Assembly: GCF_041956535.1 (NCBI RefSeq)
Contig: NW_027192192.1
Span: 1,057,796 to 1,121,795, forward strand
Length of the DNA: 64,000 nucleotides
Direction: 5' to 3'
From: Calcarisporiella thermophila CBS 279.70
Taxonomy: Eukaryota; Fungi; Calcarisporiellomycota
Shown here: piece after piece, positions 27,497 to 41,400 of the stretch
Numbering within the stretch: the first letter of the stretch is position 1
Layout of the letters: every line of letters begins with the position of its first letter
Made by a program: the position numbers and the translations under genes
The notes under the pieces: generated by a model
Told to the model about the DNA's origin: nothing
Databases searched by the model: none
The model's input: only the letters and a program-made list of their open reading frames with translations

Positions 27497-27736
27497 CCTC
27501 TTTTACTCTATTTTATCTGTAAAAAGTGCATTTTCGCCGGCTTAGCTACACCCAGTTATATTTAGAATAACTACCACTAGGATCAGATTGAGGAGAATAT
27601 ATTTATTATTTATATAAAATAATAAAAAAAAGTTGGGGAGGAGTGAGCTCGTGGAAAACAAGTGAAAAGGCCGGGGAAGTGTTGAGGGTGAGGGCAAACT
27701 AGGAGGAGGGCTGGACCAGTATTCTATGTGAGGATC

Positions 27737-28652
27737 TTAATCAATTCTTGTGAAGGATCGCCCTCCTCGCGGTCGCTCATTGAGCTTAGGATTCGTTCTC
27801 GCAAGCACTTTCTTCCCGTCTTTTTTGAAATCGTAGTCGCAGTCATGATCGGTCGGATAGCGGTGAACATCACAGAAGACGTACTCACATCGGCAGCGGT
27901 TGGTAGTTTGCTTTGCTAGAGGGATCTTGGCACGACATAGGAAGCAACGCCCTTTGTTATTCTGTATTGGGCGGGTTGAATCTTGCGGAGAGGAGCTGGT
28001 GGAGGATACCGGTGCCAAAGTGGAGGCAGAAGAGAGATTAGCGGGAGGATGGGCATCATGGGTGGGGGGTGTGGACGACGAGGGGTAGGCCGAGGTAGCA
28101 GAGGGAGCGCCAGTGATGAGAGATATAGAGGGAGAAGATGAGACGGAGATAGAGTGGGAGTTGTGAGTCGAGGGTACAGGCGCGGCGGTTGCTTGCTCTA
28201 TCGAAAGCGCAGTGCTCTCAATAGGAGGTGGTGGTGTAGCAAGCTCGTGGGCGGGTTTGTCAGGGTTTGAATTACTCTCAGATGGAGGATTATCTAACGG
28301 TTGTGGTAAGGATGATGAAGAATGTATAGAGTTGCTTTGTGGATTGTCTTGCCGCCTCTGGCTTCCATCTTGCTCCTGCACTTGTTCTTGCTCTTGTTGT
28401 TGTTGTTGCTGCTGCTGCTTCTGCTGTTGCTCTTGACTTTGCTGCTGCTGTTGCTGTTGCGGTTGTCGTGCTTGTTGCTGAGTCTCTTTAAAACATTTGG
28501 AGCACATATTATTGTTGATGGGGCTCCTAAAGATAATGATCAGTGATCTGTTCTACAGATGCATTCTCTCTTTAATGCAATTGTACACACCCATAGAAAC
28601 CACAGTTGTTGATGCAAAACTGCGGAACTTCTTGTGGAGCTTTGTTTTCCAT
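27737..28652 (-). CDS. A20/AN1 zinc-finger (SAP/ZFAND-like) protein
   Basis: A20 finger CINNCGFYG|SP..NMCSKC across one intron, a poly-Gln linker, and C-terminal AN1 finger RCFLC..CRCEYVFCDVHRY..HDC. Confidence 0.93.
28360..28480 (-). repeat. Coding (CAG/CAA)n polyglutamine tracts
   Basis: Interrupted CAG/CAA repeats inside the A20/AN1 gene. Confidence 0.8.
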
Positions 28653-29387
28653 AGCCGATTTAAGGTAGCGGCTTGACTCTTGGATGGGGTAAGAAATTAG
28701 GCAAAGGCTTGAAAAGGTAAATGCAGAGAGGCTATTTAGTGGGTGATCAATAAGAGAATGAGTATAGGAAGCTCTGATGATGTAAAAGCGAGCCTAAAAT
28801 ACTAAAAGAAATAAGCAGATGGGCAAGCGTTAGTCCGAAAATAGTCTCAAGCAGCAGGCAGAGAGAATTGTCTCAAATTAAAATTTAGAAATTCAACGAG
28901 ATTTTCTGGGGAGCTTTGCTCCCAGCACTAAGAACGAATGATTACCTTGAAGATGGATCGAAAGGAATTCGAGTGGGGGAAGAAGCAGAATTTATAGGAC
29001 ACTCCAGAAATGAAGAGAATAATAAAGCTGTGAATAAATATGATAAAAGAGAGTTGGAGAAAGCCGTCAGTGAGATTCACTTGACTCGACTGGCAAAGTC
29101 ACACACCACTTTGCGCTCCCATGATTTTTATTAAATATTTTCTGGTGCAGAGGACACCCTTAATGGAAAATGAGGGAAAATGACTTGTAGATTGCTCAGG
29201 AATTACATTCTATCCTCTATCCCACCCCTCCGCTCAGATTTGCACGTTTATTTACTAGTATGATGAGAGTTTTGCGTTCTTGCCAACCGAGAACACAAGA
29301 AAGTTATAAGCAAATTGCAGCATAGCGAATTAAGACCAATAAGTTGTAGATACGAGAAACACATAACGTCTATCGGAGAATACAAAA

Positions 29388-30616
29388 TCATTCTCTTTTC
29401 CCTGTCTGGTAACCCGAGTCAGTATCTCCTGTGTCTGTCGAAATATTTTTGGTATCGGCAGTCGTCTTCAGCACATAGATATCCTCCTGCCCCCCGCTCG
29501 CACTGCTATCGACACTATTACCGCTGTAATCGGACACATATCCACTGGCACCACTAATTCCGGTCGCGCTATTGCTACTGCTTCCACTGCCACCTGAGCC
29601 ACTCCTGGGGGAGGTGGTCGTAGTGATTGCAAAATCGCTTTTTTTTGTAACCTCAGGCATCGTTCGCGAATTCTGCGCCTCTGACTGTTGGGATATTGAA
29701 ATATCGCTTGAAACAAACTCTTCGTAATTGTAAAGGGGCTACAGTTAAAAGAGATATCAACGATTTCATTTCAACCGTGGGCAATAGGATATTATATTTT
29801 ACGGTACATTGGCTGGATTGGATATGGAAATGTCAACATTATCTTCTGAACTTGAGGACTGTTGTTGCCAAGGTAACTGCTCTGGGCCATCTTCTCTATT
29901 AACCACTCGCGCCTTTCCCTCTCTTATCCTTCTCCTTCGGTTGCCAATGCTGCCATACTTCTCGACCGGATCCGCTCGCTCTGTCGAGGTCATAGGAGGG
30001 GTGGCTGTTTGCGACGGAGTCTCACCCAAGCTCGAGGGGTCGGCTCGGATATGAGATGAATTACTGCTATAAAAGATCAGCTGAGAGTCGGCAGAGTGAG
30101 AGAAAAGAAAACTGGCGGGCATCTGTGCAAATTTGGTTTGAAAATATGTTTGAAGGGATGGAGACGGAAGCTTCCTAACTTTTGCTATTTCCAGCTGAAT
30201 CAGCTATTCATGTAGAAGAGTGTGGTTTTAGTCTTGACGCGCTTGTGTCTGATGATAATTTTCACTTTTACCCGTCTATGCCCTCGTTTTACTCTCATTT
30301 CAACAAGATCTTCCTCGGTGACTTCATATAGCTACACCAAGCAACTGGTCAATTTTGTATGGGTACCAATATAAGGGTTTAGAATTGGACTGCATTATAC
30401 CGAAGGGAGCTCTTCGAATCCTTCCTCTAAAAATCGGTCGCAATAAATTTCCAGGCCCAGGCGACTAAGAAATTCCATCACCTCATTGGATTCCGCCTTG
30501 CGCTTACGAGTGCCACCCTCTGTAGGGGAAATGGGGCCCACTGGAGGGATGGTACGCTTGGATGGTAGCGTGTCTGGCGTTGTAGAATCTCCTGGTTTTT
30601 CCAAACTCTCCGACAT
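29388..30616 (-). CDS. SAM-domain protein with Ser/Thr-rich disordered C-terminus
   Basis: Spliced SAM domain EVMEFLSRLGLEIYCDRFLEEGFEELPS|LYEVTEEDLVEMRVKRGHRR|LIQLEI. The frame of the last exon is uncertain. Confidence 0.75.
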
Positions 30617-31230
30617 GATGCACGATGTTTTGCATGACTCCAGTGCACAAACAAGAGCGATGCTGATGGTAATACAAAGGGAGATGGAGTGAACAACTCG
30701 GAATTATTCCCTAATTGCTCTTATTTGTTAGAAAATTCTTTCGAAAGGAAAAAATGTTTATGCAATAGGGCGAAACGGAAGAGAGAACTGTTCTAAAAGC
30801 TGAAGACAAAGCTATGACGAAAAGCAAACACAAAAATCAAACTAAGTAACCCTTAATACAGATAGAGCTGTCCCCTGGCTAGCCCGATTTGAGGTCTCCC
30901 CGATCTTCTTAGATTTGTTCAGATACAACCCCCGTTCATTTGCTCGGGATGGCGCACCATATTGAGCTAATTTCCTACCGGAGTTCAGCGTCTGAAATTC
31001 AGGTCGTCAACTCTAACAGAAAGTCTCTATTACATCCAAAGTTTCCAAAAAAAAGGAATAAAATAAACCCGCAAGCTGCAGAAATAAAATAATAAGACAA
31101 GAAAGAGGATATGTAAACAGGGAGGGGGGGAAAGGAAGAAGGGGGCGAAGAGGAGAGAAGGGTAGAAAGGTCCCTAAATTGAACAATGAGATATAGTATA
31201 GATAAATGCGTCTATTAATATATATATAAT

Positions 31231-32876
31231 TTAGAAGATATCGTCATGAGTTCCTAGGCGACGCTGACGTCCCCAGTCCTTCGACTGCATTTCTACAAGG
31301 CGTGATACGGCCCGCTGAAAGGCAAAAACTTCTTCGTCACCCGAGAAAATCGGGCTTGTCAGATCCTTAGAAGACAAATTTAAGTCGTCCATGAGTAGCC
31401 GGTCCGCAGACTCCAACTCTTTCGATCCTCCTTCAGAAGAAAATAACTGTGCTATGGGGGCCTCCGCAGAGCATATAAGTCGAGTGCGGCTTTCATAAAC
31501 AGCATCGATGAAAGTGATGAAGCGGCGGGCCTCATTGCGGTGTTGCAGCGACATCTGAGGGATATCAGTGACGATGATGGTGTGGAAATCGCGGGTCAAG
31601 GCAAGATAATCGGCAGCACTAAGTGGTTGAGCGCAGAGCTGATCAAAAGAGAATTTAGCAACTCCATTGCCCGCCTCAGGGATATAGAGGCTCCTCCCCA
31701 AGAAATCCAGTTTCACGGATTCAATTTCTCCTCCGGTTAATTCTTGCATGATGGCGTTGATTGTGCGAGCAGTATCCGTACTGAGCGGCGTTAGATAAAC
31801 ACGGTCCATCTCCCTGGCCATTTTTCGATAGTCTGTCCCAGAGTTGAGCGACAGCACGTGGCACTTCTCTTTCAGCAACTCGATGCATGGTATAAAGCTC
31901 TGTCTTTGTATCCCGTTTCTATACAATTCATCCGGGTGTCGGTTGGATGTCGTGACAACAACAACACCCCTGTCAAAGAGCTCGGTGAAGAGTCTGCGTA
32001 ATATCATGGCATCGGCAATGTCGGTGACTTGGAATTCATCGAAGCATAGGACGTAGGCATCACGGGCGAGATCATCGGCAATTGGTGGTATTGGGTCGTA
32101 TGCCGCAGAGTTGGATGCTTTGAGACGGTGAACGCGGGAATGGATGTCGAGCATGAAAGCATGGAAATGGATTCGCCGCTTGCGCTTTACGGGGAGAGTG
32201 TTATAGAAGAGGTCCATAACCATGGTTTTTCCGGTACCAACATCTCCATAGATGTAAAGACCACGAGGAGCATTGTTTGTGGCCTTCTTGCTTTTTTTCT
32301 CAAATAGACTAGAAAGCTAACAGGTATAGGCAAAATATTTGGAACAGCAAAGTTTTAGCCAGAATTCGAGGTGTAAACGCAAACTCACAAACAAATCCCA
32401 ACCTTATTAAAGAGAGAGGACGAGGTGGGCGCGGTTGATGGCTCATATGACTTGAGCTCATTATACAAGTCCTGAAGCGCTTTCACAATGGATCGTTGAT
32501 GGTTATCATTATTGACCACACCAGCGGCAACCAATCCGTTGTACTTTGCCATGGGTCCTTTAATTCACACTAAATTATTTGCCGCTGAAAATAATAGCAT
32601 CACAAAGCATTTTATTTGCATACCTTCCATCCTTTCTTGAAGGGGTTTCCCCTCCTCAATTTTTGCCTCAGGTATCGATTCTACTTCAACCGAGGAAGTA
32701 GCGATTGTACTATAAACAGATCGTCCTGAATAGGGTATTGATGCTCTATTTTGTGGGTAAAATGGTTTCGATCTAGCCAAATGATGAAGGAATCGAGTGG
32801 ATCTAGAGGTGAATCTGCGGTTTATTAGAGTAGAAATGCTGCAGCGATGCAGCAGGGGTGTAGATCTTGGGAACAT
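31231..32876 (-). CDS. AFG1: AFG1/LACE1-like mitochondrial ATPase
   Basis: Arg/Ser-rich presequence, Walker [45 protein letters not shown]. Confidence 0.95.
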
Positions 32877-33400
32877 TATTCGAAAGTGAGAGAAAAACAA
32901 GGTTGGTGAGAGGAGTGTTAAATAAGAGGGCCCTTTAAGAGCTAATGTTGGATTTCAATTTTTTAAATTGATTCATGTTGGTCGAGAGCAAAATACACAC
33001 CTATTTTTTATGGTACTATACGTTTGCACATTAAAATGTGATTCATCCCTGATTCTCAATGGAGGTTTTTATACTTTGTGTTAATCTTTTTTAATGCATT
33101 TTGACAAATTCTTTTCGGACAATGATTCTGTTCAAATATGTAATCGGCCCACTGGAGTATATAAGGGAGAGCTTATGCATCAGTCATAAATCTCTTCAAG
33201 AAATCTTGTTCGCAGTTAACTAATGACACTGGCAGAACCTTCAAACGTATCGCACTGTGCTTAGAGATTCTGAGGTCAAATCACAAACCGTTGAAAAAAG
33301 CATTAGTACAGGCGCTACTAGTGCTCCAAAATAGGCACGTGAAAAAGCATGCCATATAAATTAAAGGTTTTATCCATTTTTATGAATTCCCCACATTCAT

Positions 33401-34485
33401 ATGCCAAAGAATCTGGAACAGTGGCCTACAACGCGATACCTCACACTAAATGACGGTGCCATATTAGCATACACGGTGCTAGGGGAGGAGAAGACGGACC
33501 AACTGCCACTTGTTTTGGTAATAAACTATTAGAATCATTACTTTTTCTTCCGTGGTTTATTAACTGGGGATTAGATATGTGGAATGTATATGACGAAAGA
33601 AGACTGGCGACCCTTTTGCGATGGTAAATGGTGAAACTTTTCCCTTTGTCTTTCACGAAAAATCGTATAACAAGCTCTCCAAACCCTCGCCTAAATTGCA
33701 GATCTAGCTAGAACTCGTCGAGTTTTGATCTTCGACAACCGCGGGATTGGTCACTCCAGGCATCCACGCAGATCATCATTCTTCACGCTGCACACAATGG
33801 CAAGCGACACCATTGCTCTCATTGAGCATCTTGCCTGGCGGGATGTCGCCATTCTAGGTTTCTCGATGGGCGGCATGGTTGCCCAAATAATCGCCTCCCT
33901 AGATCCTCCCCAATTCAGACTGCACCATCTAATATTGGCGGCAACGTCTTGTCGATTGCCTTCCTCAAGAAAGGCCTATCACATTGGAGTGCGGGCGAGC
34001 CTATTGTTTGCAGCTCGTGGCTCTTTCACTAGAGAGGCCGCGCTGCGATTTGCGAAGGAGTTCCTTCACCTCCAATACACCCGCTCTTTCGTAAATCGGC
34101 ACCCGGAAATATTCAATATGCGTTTTGCCAGCTTCACTCGGCGGCGACGGCCAATCCCCACCATATTCAATCAATGGCGTGCAATACATGACTTCAACGT
34201 CGCAAGCAAACTGGTGGAATTAAGGGTCCCCACCTTGATCATTCATGGCACTCACGATCAGATGGTGGCCTATGAGGAGGGAAAGCGACTGGCGGCGCTG
34301 ATAAAAGGTGCTAATCTACACACGGTTCACCGTGGAGGGCACATGTAAGCGAGGGCTATCTTTGCCAGTATTATAAAATTAAACCTATCCATTAACCCAT
34401 CCACACTCGTAGGTTTTTTGATCATGAGCCCGAAATCGTGGCGGTCATCAATCGCTCCTTAAGGGGGGACCAAAGCAAATTATAG
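33401..34485 (+). CDS. Alpha/beta hydrolase with C-terminal PTS1 (SKL)
   Basis: FDNRGIG, nucleophile elbow GFSMGG, HGTHDQMV, GGH. Three introns. The last exon reads MFFDHEPEIVAVINRSLRGDQSKL*. Confidence 0.88.
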
Positions 34486-34782
34486 CCCTAGCTCCCATTT
34501 CTACGCTTAGAACTGTTTGTAAGAAATATTTGTAGTCTCTTGATTCATTGCTCTTCATTATTGTATTCGAAATACAGTATATCGTCAGAAATCATGGAAA
34601 AAATAAGCAAACAAAAAAAAAAGAGTAATAACTACTCACAATTAAAAGGCGTGATAAACTACAATAAAAACTGTATAAAAAAAAGAAATCAATATGTATA
34701 CAAAAGTGGCTGTACTCGAGGAAATAGAACAAAATGATAAAATAGCATATTCAGAATTCAGATTTATAGGCCATTTACAAGG

Positions 34783-35375
34783 TTAGAGGTTGGGGACGGC
34801 GTTGTTCAGCTCATAGAGCTGATTCAAGAGTCCAATGACCCCGGCCGTCTTTTCTCGCTTCTCCACCTCTTCCTCAGACGCTCGGCCCGCGCCCGAGGAT
34901 TCGTGCGAGCTCGTGGGGTTGGCGCCAGACAGTGAGTTGGACGTGAAGGCAAATCCGGGTATAAACCGCTCTCCGGCATGAACAAAAGAGTCCTCCATTC
35001 CGCTCACAGGAGCCCCTTCACGCATCCTCTCGTCCTCGCCCAAACTTCCTGCTTCAGGTTGCTGGCTCAATCCGGAACCCTCGTTTGGCATCGACTCACT
35101 CCCCGTTGACCCAAGGGGGTCTGTCACAAATCTTTTCCCTCCCACTCCCACCCCCAGGCCAAGGCCCACCCTCTCCCGATACCCCCCCCCGTCTCGCAGG
35201 ATTCCGCCGCCCCGATTCCCCGAATAGGTGGATCTATACCCATCAAAGCCCCCACCCATTCGACTCGATTCCACACCTAAGCCGCCCAAATTTGTATTGC
35301 TTGATCCCATCCCAACCGCGAATCCTCCGCCGCGCGCCGTGGACATCCGCGATGCTTGCAAATAATACGGATATC

Positions 35376-35406
<31 letters not shown>

Positions 35407-38217
35407 AATGTATTGCCTTCGACCTCCCTCGCCCAGCTTGGCACCGCCTCCAATGATCGGCAATGTCTGAGTTTGCAGTATCGAATCCACACTCATCGTG
35501 CCTCCCCCGCCGCCGCCTGATGGCGCAAAACTTCCCGCGCCTACCATGCGGGTATCCAACATGCTGCTGTCCGCAGCAACTCCATCCGAGTCGCCCCCTT
35601 GTCCAGATGCATAGGGGGGACGCCGACGAGACAAGATTGCAGAGCCGAAATGCGGGTTATGCTGTTGCTGATGCTGCAATTGGTTTAGGCATTCAAGGTA
35701 GATGGACCCCGAGGGGTCGGTCGGCTCCCAGTCAGGATTGTTGGCCTTGAAGTTGAGAAAAGATTTCTCCATTTTCCCCTCCTTCGTTAGATAGTACTCG
35801 TCGACCACTTCCGACGGAGCACCATACTGAATAGGATTATAGACACGTGTTAGCTTTACCTACCAAAACGTTGTACATGTAAAAAAGAAAAAGCAGGCCT
35901 CAGATCTTACCTGGATATTCCCATGCCGCTTGAAATCAAACACAGCAAAACTGCACACGTATCCAACCCCATCAACATGCACGGTAAATTCACGGAAGAA
36001 GTCCACCACGGCCTCGCTGCACTTGGGGAGCGAGTACCAGAGTATCAACGGGGTGAACACCACGCTCAGGATCTCCTGCAGAAACAGCGCCACTTTGTAG
36101 TCGAAGAGCTTACTGAACTCCTGCTTGACTTCGTCGGTATGCAGTTTTCCACGCCACACCCCGGGGAGATAGTGGGTGTGTTCGACGACCTCTTTGAGGG
36201 TCAACTCGGGTTCGAACACCAGCGTCTCGTCCGGGATCAAGCCCCTGGCTATCGCAAACACTGAACCGAACAGTCCGATGTAAAAGAGGATGCTTTTGTC
36301 GGGCGAGAGTTCGAAATTAATCAGCAACTCCTGGTCGAGCACCGTCAGCACGGCAAGAACGGCTGCAAAAGAGCCCGAAATAAACGCAACAAAGCGGCAG
36401 AGCTGTACTGTTTTCTCCTTCGGAAACTGCTCGAGATAGCGAACAGCGGCTGGATAGCTGCTGTTGAGTCGCTTCTGGAAAAGATGCGGCAACTCGTTGA
36501 ATTCTCGAAATTTCCACCTTGCAAACGGGCTGTAGGAACGGCTGCCAAGCGAGGATGGATTCTTGTGGTACTCCTAAATGGGCCGTATATGTAGGGTAAC
36601 ATTAGTACTCCATTATCTCCTCGGGTGATATTGGTATGAAAAGACAATATCAAGAGGCTTATATACCGTAAAGTATCTGAAGAAGAAAAACATCAGCAAA
36701 TACACCACGATAAACGGGGCAAAGATCAGGTTGACAAATCCCATGAATATGAATCGTCTCCGTAGCCTAAAATTTTTTAAGATAATAAGGGCAGGGGCGT
36801 CAATAGAAGGCAGGAGAAGAAGAGAACAAGCAATACGGATATCCTACCCCTCTACTAGCTGCTGTCGATTTGTTTCGCGCAGCTTACTCACTCTCACTGC
36901 CCCATGCTCATCGAATACGTAATCCAAAATACAAAAAGACAGGTTCCATTCTAGCGTCTTTGTGAGCATTGGGCGGTGACGGAAATAGGGAAGTGGGATG
37001 GCGATATCAAGAAGATCTTTGTTGAAGAGGGCGATCAAATAGTTCTCCTTGCGCATGATTCGATTTGCAATGTCGTGGGCATTGAGTCGGGGATGGTTAG
37101 GGTTGAGGCGGGATGTCGTAGGGTTGTTCTCGCGGATTTGGATAATGCGGTTTACAACCTCGGGCCAGGAAATAGTCTGCATATCGACCTGAACGAAAAA
37201 AAAAGGATTGAGACAATGAGCAAACGAGCTACACGGACAAACTCTGACGGACTTGCCTCGGGTATCTTTAATAGGCAATCGAAGAAGTTATACATGTCGT
37301 TCAACTCGTGTATCTCGTAAAGGAACTGAAGCAGTTGCAGAACCCAAAACACACCAAATGCGAGGAGGAATATAGAGGTTACTGGAGAGAGCCTAAACGC
37401 AGATTCAAACATGTTACTCTCCAACGCCAGAAGTAGATAAAGAAAACACATACCTATTTAGGCACTGAGGAATGACTATGTCCGCCAGCCGATGATGCTG
37501 TTTAATGCTGTGAAAATCCACACAACCAACAAGAAATGTCGTGAACCCAATAACAAAGCCAAGAGTCCTGGAAGATAAAGAATGCAAATCGTCCATTTCA
37601 GTTTAAGCGCGAGTCCGTCAATGCTTCAAGTAACAACGTCGTACTCACAAGAGATTCAAAGTTTTGCTCAATATGATACACGATCGCCCCTTGCCTAAAT
37701 AATATGCATACACTCGCTCGAAAAATCGATCCATGTTTTCCACATTAATCCACTTCCACAACGCACGCTCCTCTCTACTCATACGATAGGCCTTTCGCTC
37801 TTCCCTCGCCTGCTGCTGCGAAGCGGGTGGAGCGAACCAGGACACCCGTCGTGGTGATCTTTGCATCCGTGCCGGTACTTTGGGCTGTTCGATCAATAGA
37901 GAGGCTGGCGCATGATGCTCGTCTCCATCCTCCTCTCCCTCCGCCTCTGCCCTCCCCTCATCGCTCAGCCGCGGTAACGCTGAGGATTCGGGTTCGTTAT
38001 GAGTATGGTCTTCATTGGTGTAGAGTCGGTCCGCGTCGACATCATTTCGGGGCAGAGGGTGGTAGCCACTTGTTCCTGAAGAAGCGGGAAAAAGCATTCT
38101 TGGGGGCTGTGGCGGTGATTGATAATGAAAGCGCTGCTCTAGATCGTAAGACTCCGCATCTTCCTCATCATTGCCTTTTAATAAACGTGGATCATATCGT
38201 GATCTTGAATAGGACAT
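34783..38217 (-). CDS. ATG9: Autophagy protein Atg9 (lipid scramblase)
   Basis: [80 protein letters not shown]. Confidence 0.96.
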
Positions 38218-38483
38218 GAGTGTGGAGGAGATGAGCAATAGCTGCTAGTTTATTCTTGGAATGGATTGAAAAGAGGCCAAAACAACTGAAGGGTCAAATA
38301 TAGGAACGTGTAGCGAAAAGCAGTCGCATACATGTGATCACTTTCAAAAATTTGCAGACGAGCTTTTGTGGAAAAACTCCGCGTCAATTCAAGGAAGGAT
38401 CAAGGATCAAGAGGGATGTTTTGTTATTAACAAAAAGAAACAAAGTAGTAAAAATAAAAGCGGGCCAATGTCCTTTTCTACAC

Positions 38484-41400
38484 TCAGTCGCCTATGACCG
38501 CCAGCACTCTGTTCTTGTTTAGCTTGGTTGCATACTCCTTCAGCGGATCCTTAAGACTAGGTGCGCGTCGGAGGACGTCCTGCAGCTGCGTGCGTGGGAG
38601 CTCGCTGAGCACGGAGAAAGAGTTGGGCTGTGTTTTCTATAAAGTTACATGCAATCAAGACCAAATTCGAACAAATGAGGGGGGAGGAATCACGGCTCAA
38701 TTTAGCCCACTCTATTTACCTCGCAACACCGAATGAATCCATCCCATAGCCGCGGCTGCTTCCAGACTTGCCGGGTCATGAGTCTTGTAAGCACACGAGT
38801 GTTGACAAACCCGCCTAGGTTTTTATAGAGCATCACACTTCGTATGACCTGGAGGAAATACTCGGTTAGCAAGCAATACGGGATAGCCCCGGGAGAAACT
38901 AGCCCTCTTACCGTAACCATGAATAGAGTCGGGATTTTAGGCTGATCGATCAGCTGCTGAAGCACAACCGCAAGCACCTCTGATTTAAAGATGTCAGGCA
39001 TGGAGAAGCATATATTGATAGCTAGATACCCAACATCAGAAAATAGGCGTGAGTTGTCTCTTGTTAAGCAAATTCACTCAAAATGAATGATACCCTCAGC
39101 AAGTTTCTGCAGCGGGACTCGATCCTCCATATTATGTAACCCGATCAACAGCTCCGATGGGCCCAGCGATGCACTCTCGACCCCTCCACCGTCCCCACCA
39201 GACGAAGTATTCGAAAGCAAAATACGCTGGTATACGTTTCGAATCAGCTTTCTCTCTTGCTCAGCCCCGTTAAGAAGTTGAATAATGCGCGGAAGATACT
39301 CCAGGATTTCAGCCTTTATAAGAGAAGGAGAAGTTTCAATTAGTCAGGGGACACGAACAGAGCGGAAAGGGGAGAATGAGAGAAGCACATGCGTTCGCAC
39401 AGGGCATGGGGAAACAAGGATAGAAGAGAAGCGTATGAAAACCCCACCTTTTCAAACCCAGATATGACGGGGATTAAGAACTTGGCGTCCAGCTCACGTT
39501 GAAGGTAGGTATCTCTAACAACCGCCACTAGCTGTGGCGAAGGTCTCACTAGAAGAATTGATTAAAGCAACCAGTAAGTAGGCCTTTTCTTCCTCCTTTA
39601 CCATACACAACAAGTTGCTCTAGTACCTTTATCGGTCAGAACCACTAGGATTCTGATGACTATGGACTCTGCCCCCTCTGGGAACTCGCGAATCGCGTCC
39701 AGTAACTTCGGCGAGTTCATTCCAATTGATTTAATGAGATCGTACACCTCTTTACGTATTACCCGCTGAACCTGCGAAGAGGCTGCTGCAAATACTTTAA
39801 AGAGCCTAGTGGATGGGAAAGTGTCAGTTCACAGACTCAACATTGTCGCAATCATGCAATAGCTACTCAGTTATTAACTCGTGCTTCTTATGACATAGCG
39901 CGAAGAAGAGTTGTAATCGGCGTATGATCTCGGTCTCGGGCCATTCTGGTTCCCTTGCGTCCTCCATAGCTGACCCTTCACCATTGGCTGTTGTTTCAAC
40001 ACCATTGGGTGCTGGCAATTCACCATTTTGTGTTTCTGCATCGATAGACTGTGTATCCTGGTCAGAAGGGTGATGGTCCGGGAGAGGAAGAGCAGAAGCA
40101 GGAGCGCGTGGAATGGGAACGGGAGGGGGGGGAGGACCACTTAGCGTACGCAGTATCTCTACTGCAAACTTTTCCGTGATCGGAGCAATCTCTGGGTGAT
40201 CAGGATACCATTTTTTTACGGTGACAATCACAGCCGTCCGTACCGATCGATCTATGGGTATGGGGGAGGGGGTAGACATACATGTGTAAAGCATTAATAA
40301 AATGGACAGCTATGCACGCTAACCCAACGTGATGGATGTAGAAACTTGGATCCAAGATACATACTTTCATCTAGACAGTGCCCTAGCAAAAGCCTTAGGC
40401 ACTCTTTCCTGACGGGAGGACGTAGATCCACCAGATCACGCAGCGTTCCAATTCCGAGTTGCATGCGCTCCTGATCTCCAGCGGTCACTATCCGCGACAC
40501 CATCTCCAACTCCTCCACTCCTAGCTCGGGTATCTCCATTAGGAATCGAGGAATCAGCCTCATCCTAAAGCTTTCCGTCACATTAAGCACGCCCTCTAAT
40601 AACTGTTTCAGCAACCACTTGTAGACCCCGCTCGGTCTCCTTGCGTCAATGGTCGATGCTTGTGAACCGCCCTCTTCTCCAGCTGGCTCATTCATCTCAC
40701 AATTCCAAAGGTACCATTCCTCATAGAGCCACAGTAAACCCAACTCCCACCGTTCGCGCAGATCCTCTAGAATGAATTTAAGCAGCATGTCACGCACCTC
40801 CGGATCGGTCATAGCCTCCCCCGACTTAACCTCCTCACTCTGCCCGGTACCCCCTTCCGCATCCTCGTCCCCCTTCACATCTCCTGCGTTCTCTTCTCGC
40901 CGCAATCCTCGGGATACTAAACGGGCGACGAGGATCATCCAAGTGCGTCGTACCGGGTGATTCTGCATTTCAAATGGAGGTTCAGCATCTAAAATGCGCT
41001 CCAATGCCATCAGTAGTAGACGACGACATGTCTCCGGGGAAAGCTTCTCTGCGGGTTTGAGTTCAACGGGCTGCAGCCGGATCACTTGCAATGGCACCGG
41101 GGTTATCTCGTCTTGAGAGGGCGGTGGCGGAGGAGGAGGCTGTGATTGGGCGAGTTCAGGAGTGCGTGCTAGTGCAGATTCAAGAGGTGTAGTCAAGCGC
41201 AATGGCAGAGGCATATCATCCATGGGAGCGGTAGATGCTTGGGCGGGGAAATTAAAGGGAACATTCGGCAGATTCCCTCCTGCAACTTCTCTGCCATATT
41301 CTGATTTCGCTAAAGATCCCGGTTCTTGCATCTGGCCGGGGAACATGGCTGAGGGTAGTGTTGGTTGGGTTTGCGTTGGGGCCGCTGAGGATAGCATGCC

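Noticed and set aside
39023-39092. Symplekin intron starting GTATCATT as a possible U12-type intron
   Set aside because: It mismatches the GTATCCTT consensus and has no TCCTTAAC branch site, so I treated it as U2-type.
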